A stretch of DNA of 64,000 nt, from the NCBI RefSeq assembly GCF_035594765.1, contig NC_085842.1, positions 30,046,782-30,110,781 of the forward strand. Reading direction: 5' to 3'. Numbering within the stretch: position 1 is the first letter of the stretch; the number at the start of each line of letters is the position of its first letter. Shown piece by piece: positions 50,818-61,029 of this stretch. The notes under the pieces are model-generated. The model saw nothing but the letters and a program-made list of their open reading frames with translations, was not told the origin of the DNA and did no database searches. Both the position numbers and the translations under genes were made by a program. Source of the DNA: Anolis carolinensis. Lineage: Eukaryota.

Positions 50818-52172
50818 CCAAATTTCCTTCCATTAATTCCTGATTTATCGTTATTAGTGGGCTTAAGCAGGTATTTTTCAATTTTCTTTCATTAATTCCT
50901 GATTGTTTAGTTAAGCGGCATAGCTATTGTGGAGAACTGCAGAACAGCAGAACTGCAGCCTAATATTCAATGTTTGCAAGGTTTCTCAATAAGCTCAGGC
51001 TCACCACTCTGTGGATTTGGGTATGAAAGCCCTCCTGTCTTGGTTAAAAAGAGGGAAGAGGGATTTTTTACATAAAAAAGAAATTTGGTAGCATCTTTCA
51101 GATTACTGTAATTGGGTTTTTTTGGTTGTTTTTTTGTGTGTGTGTGTGTTTTTTGTTTTTTGTTTTTTGCATGAGCCCAACCCTGGCTCATACAATCTAC
51201 CAATCGAATCTAAATTTTACACAGTAATTTTGAAAGTGTATTCATGAATGTTTGCTTCCAACCAGTTGAGTCCTCTTGAGTTCAGTGGAGTTTATTCTCA
51301 AGGAACATTTGTGGAGCTTGTTTCCAAAAGGGGGTGGAGGTGAGGATATTATGGAGTGCTGACTGTGTTAGAGTGAAAGCCAGTTCATCCTAAAATTTCT
51401 AAAAGGTTTGACAGATTTATAAAATGGTACAGACAGGACGTGTCTGCTTAGTGGATGTGGCCAGGAAATGCTTTTGGCAACAGCAGCCATCCCTACAGGA
51501 ATTGATGCAGAAGTTTGGATTGATTTGATCCATCATTCCAGGGAGCATTTTGCTCCTTTCTTTCTCTGAGGACTTTATTGCACAATGGTCTAAGAGTGTT
51601 TTCTGGGGTCACAATCCCATCCTAGTAGAAAGCAAGAACACATCAACATAGCCATATATCTTATTGCACACAATACACATAATAGCACTCTCAAAATACA
51701 GATCATGTTTTCCGTTTAGCACAATATCTTATAGATAACTCCTCTGAACCCATGCATTGCACTTTGATCACCATCCCCCCTTTTAAATGTAACCAGAAGA
51801 ATTGTGCAATTTGTTGTTGTGAGTGTCAGCTATTTCATGTTCCCATTATTGAACCACTTTCATATGTTCTCTGCTATTGTAAAATTTGGAAAAAATTTGG
51901 GGGGAGGGGGGCAGTATTCTCATTTGGAAGAGCAACAATCTCATTTTGCCACCCAAGGAGCAGTTGACCTCTTTCCCTTCCTCCTGTTGCTTCTTTTTTT
52001 TCACCTCCTGTGTCTATATATCGACTCCAAAAAACAATAGATCTTTGCATAGATATTTAAGTGTAATATTCAATGCAACAGTCTAGAAAGTATACAAGTA
52101 TGGACTGTAACACAGAACCAGAGCATATTTCCAAAGTGCTCAGAGTTCAAGGATTGAAACATCCTTCTAGAG

Positions 52173-52975
52173 CAGGGGTCCCCAAACTAAGGCCCGGGGG
52201 CCGGATGCGGCCCTCCAAGGTCATTTACTCGGCCCCCGCCCTAAGTTTTAGACTTAGGCTTGCCAAAAATCTGAAATGACTTGAAGGCACACAACAACAA
52301 CAATCCTACTTAACTTGACTATCTCATTGGGCAGAGGCAGGCCCACACTTCCCATTGAAATCCTGATAGGTTTATATTGGTTAAAATGGTTTTTATTTTT
52401 AAATATTGTATTGTTCATTCATTTACTAATATTGTGCTATGGTAATAATATAATATATTGTGTATACATATAATATTGATAATAATATTATAATGTAATA
52501 CAATATAATATTTATTTATTACGGTATTTCTACCCCGCCCTTCCCACCCAGTAGGGGACTCAGGGTGGCTAATAATAATATTAATACAATGTAATAATAT
52601 TGTATAATATAATAATATTAATTATATATTATATATTAAATGTAATATTACTAATAATAATATGGTACAGTGGTATAGTACAATATAGTAATATATAATG
52701 CTAATATTGTGCTATGCTAATAATATAATATATTGTATGTACATACAACTTGTAAGCCGTTCTGAGTCCCCTTTGGGGTGAGAGAGAGTGGAGTATAAAT
52801 TTAGCAAATAAATAAATAAATAAATGATTGTTGTTGGGGTTTTTTGTACTACAAATAAGACGTGTGCAGTGTGCATAGGAATTTGTTCATTTTTTTTTTC
52901 AAATGATAATTCAGCCCCTCAACAATCTGAGGGACCATGAACCGGCCCTCCACTTTAAAAGTTTGAGGACCCCTG
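52173..52975 (+). mobile_element. hAT non-autonomous element, OposCharlie/OC1-like
   Basis: TIR CAGGGGTCCCCAAACT...AGTTTGAGGACCCCTG; perfect 8-bp TSD TTCTAGAG. Confidence 0.88.
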
Positions 52976-53148
52976 TTCTAGAGCATGAGCAGTATGCCAT
53001 TGAGCAGAGCTTATTTTTTAAAAAGATACAAATATACTGGGGTTGTTGACGTGAATATAATATGGCCAGCCGTTGAGTGAAAATGGAAGAGGGCCTCCTT
53101 TGTATTTCCTGTTAACTGACTTAGGACTTTTTCCTTCCAGTGACTGCA

Positions 53149-54638
53149 ATGCTTGGTCTTGCCTCTTCCATATCATGCTTCTTCTTCATCCTGTTTTCAC
53201 TGACCTCCAATACTGCCTCCAAAGATGACCTTGTGGTGGACACCAGCAGTGGCCCTGTCAAGGGCAAATCTCTCACCGTTGGCTCTGGCTCTGTGAGAGC
53301 TTATCTTGGCATCCCCTATGCTGAGCCTCCCTTGGGGAGACTGCGATTCCAGAAGCCTCTTCCACATCAACCATGGAGTCAAATCTTTGAGGCCACTGAC
53401 TTTGGAAATGCCTGTCCTCAGTCAGTTCTTTCTCAAACACCTGAGGCAAAAATGGTGAATCCTAATAGGCCCCTGTCAGAAGATTGCCTCTTTCTCAACA
53501 TCTGGGTGCCTCATCCGCAACCCTCTGTACCAATTCCCATCCTTGTCTGGATACACGGAGGGGGATTTATTTCAGGTACAAGTTCCCTGGACTTGTACAA
53601 TGGGTCTTCCTTAGCTGTGACTCAGAATGTCATTGTGGCCTCCATGAATTACCGCCTGGGGGCTCTGGGCTTCCTTTCCTTGCCACCAGCTGTCCCAGGA
53701 AACATGGGTCTGTGGGACCAACACCTAGCCCTGACCTGGATCAGGCAGAATGCAGCTGCCTTTGGTGGAGATCCAAAGCGAGTGATAATTTTTGGTCAGA
53801 GTTCTGGAGCAGCCTCTGTGGGTCTTCACCTCCTCTCACCCAAAAGTGAGTCCCTTTTTGCCCAAGCTGTGCTTCAGAGTGGCGCTCCCAATGCTATTTG
53901 GGCTTGGGCAAGTCCTGAGCAGGCCAAGAATAAATCCCTTGAGCTTAGCCAACTTCTGGGATGTGGAGAAGGTAATGAAAATGAGATAGTAAACTGTCTT
54001 CGGGGGAAAAATGCAATGGAATTTCCTCCGTATGAAACATTGCTGGTACTGAAAAGTAAGTTTCTTATGTGTCTCCCCTTCATACCAACAACAGATGGGG
54101 AATTTTTGACTGATGATCCCCAGAGTCTTTTAGACTCCCAGCATGTGCAGACCAAGCCAATTCTGACTGGTGTCAACTCAGATGAAGCAGCTTCCTTGTT
54201 GATTTTTATTTTTCCTGGAAGCAATCACAGCCTAATCAATCATGAACAATTTCTAAAAGTATTAAGAAGTGCATTGCAAAATGCAACTGAAGAAGAAATT
54301 CAGGCCGTGGCTCTCAAGTACAGTGAAGAGAGTCATGGGCCAGCAAAGTACCGTTCAGCCTTGGTGCAATCCTTGGGTGATTATTTATTTGTATGCCCTG
54401 CAACTGAATTTGCTGCCAAGATCAGAAAAGCTGGGAGTCCTGTGTATGTTTACTATTTTACGCATCACACTTCTGGCACTGTCTGGCCTGAGTGGGCAAA
54501 CGCAACCCATGGAGCTGAACTCATTTATGTGTTTGGAAGTTTTAAGGCAGCATTGGAGGCCAACAAAACCTACACAGAGGCCGAGGCAGCACTTAGCCGT
54601 AGGATAATGCAATATTGGGCGGAGTTCGCCAGAACTGG
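53149..54638 (+). CDS. Cholinesterase-like gene 4, main coding exon (triad intact, choline-site Trp lost)
   Basis: Acceptor ttccag|53141, ATG 53149; KMVNPN (W->V), HGGGF, GQSSG, SDEA, THGAE; ends FARTG GG|gtaaga. Confidence 0.95.
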
Positions 54639-55025
54639 GTAAGACATTTGACTTTCTCATTATCCTGTTTTATTCAGAAAGTTAGTTCAATCTGACTAGC
54701 AGAATGCACATTATTTTGTTTTATTTATTTATTTACTTCACTTGTATACTGCTTTTATCACCCCGGATAGGGGACTCAAAGTGGTTCCCAAACATATTAT
54801 GGCAAAATTCATTGCCTACACAACAATAATAAAATAAACTATTAATTGAATCATAAAAATACAATAACATTAACATTAAAACATAGAGTTAAAATATATT
54901 AATTTAAACATCAAAATCACATAATCTAAAAATCAAAGTCAAGGGTCATTCCAATAACAATTTCTATTTTCTTCTCTGACATTATTTCCTGCATAGGATA
55001 TCTTAAGAAACAGAATTTTAATTTA

Positions 55026-55231
55026 CAAGTTGTCTATCCCTTATTTGGAATTCCAAAATCAGAAACATTCCATATGCGAAAATTGTCCACATTGGATGAT
55101 GGTTCAGTGCACACAAACTTTGTTTCATGCTCAAAATTATTTTTTAAAATGCAGTTATTCCAAAATCTGGAAAAAAATGACATCAAAAAACTTCTTGGGT
55201 CAATCCTTCTAAATAAGGGAAACTCAAGTTG
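55026..55231. mobile_element. Tigger4/MER46-like remnant (homologous position to 11147-14630)
   Basis: aaaattgtccacattgg..gatggttcagtgcacacaaactttgtttcatg..aagggaaactcaagttg. Confidence 0.65.
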
Positions 55232-55499
55232 TATTTAACAGTTTTTTATGGACTCCATCTGTTGCAGGTTGTCACCCACATTTATTTATGGGGATGCGAA
55301 CTATGCAGTTGTTGAATTGCAATTCCTAATCATCATGATTTGTTTGAATTGCTGGGAGGCAGAGTTCAAGATGATTTTTGATGATGATGACAAGTAGTGA
55401 TAGTAGGGGTTGTCTCATGCAAGGACCTGCAAAAAAGTTCTATTTGCATGCAGGCAAAGTCTGATGTTAGCAGAGCATTTCTAGATCCATATCAGAGGA

Positions 55500-55878
55500 T
55501 TATCACATGTAAGGGTTAGGGAGCTGTGAAGGTTTAACTTGGTAAAATGAAGGCTGAGCAGGGATATAAAAGTCATCTTTAAATATTTAAAAGGACATCA
55601 CATTGAGGAGGGGACAAGCTTCTTGTTCCCTGCTCTTCAGATTGGACATGAAGTAGGAGATTCAAATTGCAGGAAAAGAGTTTCCACCTAAATATTAGGA
55701 AGAACTTCCTGATCTGTTCAACAGTGGAATATATTGCTTGGGAGTGTGGTGGAATTTCCTTCTCTTAAGGTTTTTAGGAGGAGTCTGGATGGCCATCTGT
55801 CAGGACTCTGATTTTATGTTCCTGAATGACAGATTGGAGTTGGACTGGATAGCCCTTGTGATCTTTTCCAATTCTGTT
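55500..55878 (+). mobile_element. Old CR1 3' fragment
   Basis: Similar to 19400-19800 (ggaagaacttcctga...gttggactggat...ttccaattct). Confidence 0.7.
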
Positions 55879-56689
55879 GCTCAACTGATTAACTTTAGTG
55901 ATGATAATGATCGCATCACATTGAGGTCAGTAAGCCAGCGATAGGGGGGTTGGATTCACCATGGATCATGATGAATCCGGTGTGAGGAACCCATAGCTCA
56001 GTATTGCCCCTTGCCTCATCCTACGGTGGGAAGCATTGCAACCTGGCTTCTCTCAGTTCTCCTCTATTGAAACCTCCAGTGGTCCTGGTGCTGCCTCGAA
56101 TGACAGTTCAACCTCACTTCAGGCATGGATCCCCACTGGAAATAGATCTACATTGTGTAATAGGATCCGGTGGGCTCCGTGCCTGAAGTGAGGTTGAACT
56201 GTCATTGGACAGGCAATTTTGTCCATGTGATGAGGTCGTAAGAGTTGGCTAGCCAACCACATTGATTAATAGCCATCATTGATCAAACCCTCCCATGACT
56301 CATGTCCTGACTTGCATATTGAGCAATCAGGTTACATGACATTCAAATGTGTTGACTTGATTGAGGACATATTGCATATTAGTGAGAACATAAAATGAAG
56401 TATGTTGGATCATGCCAAAGGCAATCTTTTCTATGTACTACATGTTGCCACAGCAGGCAATCAGACTGCATTGGGTCATGAGAGGAAGAAAAAATTATCT
56501 TGATTCCCTCCCTCATGTTTTGTTTACATCCAGAATAACTTTATTGACTTAAATTGTGCACTCCCTGTTGTTCCTTGTTCAAAGCTAAAGGAACCTCCAA
56601 ACTTCGTAATCTCTTGTATCATTTCTTCCAGAGTTTACATGCAACACCACAGCCTGCTGGTTATAAATATATTGTTATTTCCTCCATAG

Positions 56690-56844
56690 GAAACCCACAG
56701 GATCAGAGAAGAAAGAAGTGGAGTGGCCACTCTATAATGCTACGCTGCAGAACTTCTTCCACCTTAGCACTGAGCCAGCCCAAGTTATGCCAGTATCGCC
56801 TGCTCGACACTGCAATCTTTTTAAAACACATACTGCAAGTCCAA
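56690..56844 (+). CDS. Cholinesterase-like gene 4, exon 3
   Basis: ccatag|G KPTGSEKKEVEWPLYNATLQNFFHLSTEPAQVMPVSPARHCNLFKTHTASP A|gtgagt, 155 nt. Confidence 0.92.
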
Positions 56845-57180
56845 GTGAGTAACTTTTTATCTTATGTTGGATACCTCTGTGGGCAATGTCATGGTGTTTC
56901 TAATAAGTTTAGTTTGTGTTGGATCAGCTTTCACTTTAATCTAATTGTCATATGTGTTCATCAGTTCCATGTTCATGAGTAGGAGAGGGGATTCATGAAT
57001 TTTATCAACTATCACTATCTATGCTGCTGATTTGGGATGCATCCACATATTGCTTACACTTGTTTTCCAGAATCTGTGTCTTCTTTCGGATTCCTCTTCC
57101 ATTCAAAGTCTTCTTAGTTATTTAGCCATACTTGGAGAAGTTCTCATTAATATCCATTCCTTTCCCCCCTTTTTTTGCAG

Positions 57181-57323
57181 AGAAATCAGAAAATAATGAT
57201 GCCGGAGACCAGTCCTCACTAGCAGGGACTGTCATGAAAAAGCATCAGGAAAACCTGGATACCTGTGACTCTTCACGTGTTAGGAATGGTGACAAAGATC
57301 TTTCTAAATGTCCAACTGACTAA
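57181..57323 (+). CDS. Cholinesterase-like gene 4, terminal exon
   Basis: Acceptor tttcccccctttttttgcag|; phase 1 gives KKSENNDAGDQSSLAGTVMKKHQENLDTCDSSRVRNGDKDLSKCPTD*; AATAAA 57343-57348. Confidence 0.8.
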
Positions 57324-59305
57324 TTTCAATAGTCAAATACTAAATAAAATGAAAGAGTGCTAAAAGAATGTACAGTAGTAATATGGTGAGATAGTTGACC
57401 TCTTCACACAGGCTACCGGAATCGCCATACATCATGGTGAATCCGGCGACCACTGTCACAGGGTGTGGGAAACCTATTGTTCCATGCCCCACATTGCCTG
57501 GCTTACCTTTAAGCCAATTCCATGGGGGGGGGGGGGGTTGCATCTTTCCCCTATTCCTTCTGTTGCCGTGTATGCCACGGTGGCATACATAGTTCTGTGC
57601 TAATTTAGCCACGAAGCCCCACAGGGAGTTCCTTTGCATCATGAGTTGGGAGTCGGTGTGCTCCATGGTCAACTAGGTGCAGAACTGGCATATGCGCCCG
57701 AAGTAAGCCCCATCTTATGAGTTTGTAGGTCTTTCTATCCTGACTCTTCTCTGATGTAATCTGACTCTTATGGGTGTTTCTCCATCTCTTCCTCTTCCCA
57801 TGAGTACTCGCAGGATCTTTTAAGATATAACTAGGCTAGATCAGTACAGAATTACTATCTTATCTTACAGTTGAATTCCTACCATTACATTTAGTTCTTT
57901 CTACAAGCTATTGCCATGTTTGTTTTTTTAAATCAAAATCTCTAACCAGTGCACGTACTCATAAAGGGACCTAGGCCTCTTTATGAGAAAAACTTATACA
58001 TAGGTTTACTGTAAGCATAACTGGGGATAACCTCATTTCCTCCTATTCACTACTGGGTGGGGGAATCTCGTTGTTGTCCAAATAAGTCAAAGATATCTAG
58101 CTGGGGTAGATGAATTTTGTAAAGGTCACCCGTCACAAGATTTTTAATTCCATATGAATGCTGATAGCTATAGGTATAGAGATATATATGTAATTGTATA
58201 TATATTTCAAACACAATTATCATGTTCTAAGGAATGTAGGCATTTGTAGACCCAAGAGGTATTTAGATTTCCTGTGTGAGAGTTACGATACTTACTGTTG
58301 AACTACAACTATGCTGTGGATTAAAGTCCAGATAAATAGGCCTGGACTTTACAGCTGAATCCTCTCACTATCTAGTTAAGCAATATCTCAAATCAGATAC
58401 TGAAAATTTATAAAACAATGGCATCATACCTTGGTTGCTGCCTCTATGCTATTTGCTTAAGCACTGAGATCAATATGTAGTCCTTCTTTTACCCTCCTCA
58501 AGGTGGGGAACAACAGTTAAAAACACATAACTATGAAATACTATGCAAAACACACAAACCAAAATAGAAGCACCAATATTGGCAATTAGAAAAATATCTA
58601 AGTTGAGCTAAGGCTAAATTAAATGACAAGTAAAAGTTCTGCAAACATTAATCCTGCTGTTGAAGAGACATGTTTGCGAGCAGCTCCGGCTGCACTTATG
58701 TATATAGTTGTAAATAAAGCCTATTACCGCCAGGATCGGCAGGCAGCTATGCATGTTTATTTGTTCGTGCTTCTAAGCAGATGCTAAGTTGCTGAACGGA
58801 AGGGGAGAATTGAGACGGAGAGCTGTAGGTGTCTCAATTAACCACCTCACATCAATCATCACCGACAAGATCATTCTCTTGTCGAGCCATGGCACCCCCC
58901 CCCCCCCCTCCCTAAATTGATCTGGACTTTCAGAGAGACTCCATGTAAGAGATATGACTTTATTTTTATTTTTTTTGCACAAACTCCGCTCTTTCAAAGT
59001 TCTGCAATACTGAAACCACTGGAGGCTCCGGAAGAACCCAGCAGTAACTGTACCCGAAACCAAATATAATAAATGTACAAAATGATGTAACTTTTATTGA
59101 TTGTATACTGTATCAATTCCTAAAAGTCTAAACTTGTATCAAATGTAATATGAAGGCATTCGTTTTCCCAGTGCCACCTATTTACATAAGCTCCTGGGAA
59201 CGGAGATGACTGAATAAATAAGGATGTCCCTCCTGCAGTCTCCCAGATCACATAATATCAGTTCCTTTATGTGTGTGCGTGTGCATGTGTGTATGTATGT
59301 GAGAC

Positions 59306-59545
59306 CAGGGCTGTAGCCAAGGGGTTCAACCCCCCCCCCCCCTTGAAATGTTTCAGGTTTTTTAAAAAACCTGGTTTACTTATGAATTTTAACTGGTTAA
59401 CCAAATTCCCATGGGTGTCCACTGAAGTTTATCGATGGAATCTGATTTCTGTATCATTTTGCGTTATGGAATTATTCTTCATGATTCGCTAAAAAAAGTT
59501 TCGACCCCCCCCCCCCCGCCCATTTTTTTTCTGTCTATTGCCCTG
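59306..59545. mobile_element. hAT MITE
   Basis: CAGGGCTGTAGCC...TCTATTGCCCTG, perfect TSD TGTGAGAC; fragment of same family at ~33640-33733. Confidence 0.8.
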
Positions 59546-59918
59546 TGTGAGACAGATAATCCCTTTATTGCCAGGGCTTACCTGACTGAAGACTTATGGT
59601 CTCCTGGAAGGAAAGGCTACACCAAAATATGAATATATTGGCCTTCTGAAAGGGCAGTCAAGCCTCTGGCCACTTATGATTATCACCCTTGGTTCTCTGG
59701 AGGCCCTTCCACACAGCCCTATATCCCAGAATATCAAGGCAGGAAATCTCATATTATCTGAGTGTGGACTCAGATAACCCAGTTCAAAGTAGATATTGTG
59801 GGATTCTCTGCCTTGATATTCTGGGATATATGGCTGTATGGAAGGGCCCTGTGTCTTGCACCTTTGTCATCTTGGAACTGGGCACTTAAATCAATCAAGA
59901 AATCACCTACATATCCAT

Positions 59919-61029
59919 TAGGCATGTGCAATCCAGGAAAACATTGTTCTAAACTCTCTTTGAAAGTAGGGGGCGCTGGCGCTTCGTTTCTAAAGTCATT
60001 TCCGAATTTGAAGCAAAAAGTTCAAAACTTTCCAAAACTTCTGAATCTTCGTATGTACCTTGTTATTGGCGAATGTGCATGCGCATAAAGGAAAACATTA
60101 TTGTCAATGGGGAAACTTGAGGGGCTGCTCTCCATCTCATTTTTTGAGCTATCCTAATGAAACTTGCTACAGTGGTAGAACACATTTACCACTGTTAGCT
60201 CACCAAATCTAAGAATGTTTAACTTATCCTCAGATTTTTGGCGAATTTTCAAAGTTTTTTAAAATAAAAAACCTTGTTAAAAATAACAAAAATTTGTTCC
60301 TGGTTTGAAAGTGTTATTTCCTGCTTCATTGGGTTTTCTGGGTCTGAGAAAATGTGACTTGCCCAACATCGCCCAGTGGGTTTCCATGGCTGAGTGGGGA
60401 ATCAAGCCACAATCGTAGTCCAACTCTCAAATCACTACACTATACCATGCTGTCTCAAAATCGGGCCGCTGCTAGCCCCAACCAGGAGGGAAAATGCTCA
60501 GGACTTTGTTGCTTTCTATTGGGCTGCCATTAAGCCCGTGGCTAGCCACAGCCAGGAAGGAAAACGCTCAGGACTTGGTTGCTTTCTATGGGGCTGTCAT
60601 TAAGCCCATAGCTAGCCTCAGCCAAGAGGGAAAATGCTTAGGACTTGGTTGCTTTCTATGGGGCTGCTATTAAGCCCATGGCTAGCCCCAGCCAGGAGAG
60701 AAAACGCTCAGGACTTGGTTGCTTTCTATGGAGCTTTTATTAAGCCTGGATGAAAAGGTTCTTCCCTTTTTGCCAAGACTCAGCACTGATTGGGCAAGGA
60801 GGCAACCCCAGGCTAGGCTGCTCTTCCCTGCAAACAAAGTTTGGTTGAATTAAAATGCTTTCTCGTATATCTGAAGGTTTCCTGAGTCCATTAAATAAAT
60901 GGGCTGCAACACTTCAAATTAGAAGGTTAAGTCTGAATCGCCAAATCACCTTGGAACCCCATTCAGAACCCAAAATAGATATGATTTTATTACGATTAAT
61001 GACGATTCCGAGGAATTTGCCCATGCCTA
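59919..61029. mobile_element. hAT-like non-autonomous element carrying a 70-bp tandem array
   Basis: TAGGCATGTGCAA...TTGCCCATGCCTA TIRs; TSD ATATCCAT/ATATCCAC. Confidence 0.75.
60471..60746. repeat. 70-bp tandem repeat, ~4 units
   Basis: GCTAGCC unit starts at 60471, 60541, 60611, 60681. Confidence 0.92.

Noticed and set aside
9487-54642. Calling the esterases BCHE/ACHE, or intronless single-exon genes ending at RTG*
   Set aside because: GESAG, peripheral Asp and WAT tail are missing so orthology is unsupported; the TAA stops are part of gtaag donors and in-frame exon 3s exist.
60471-60746. 70-bp repeats, and the ~125-bp repeats at 43200-44070, as functional arrays
   Set aside because: Both lie inside bounded transposon-like elements (hAT TIR/TSD; Helitron termini).
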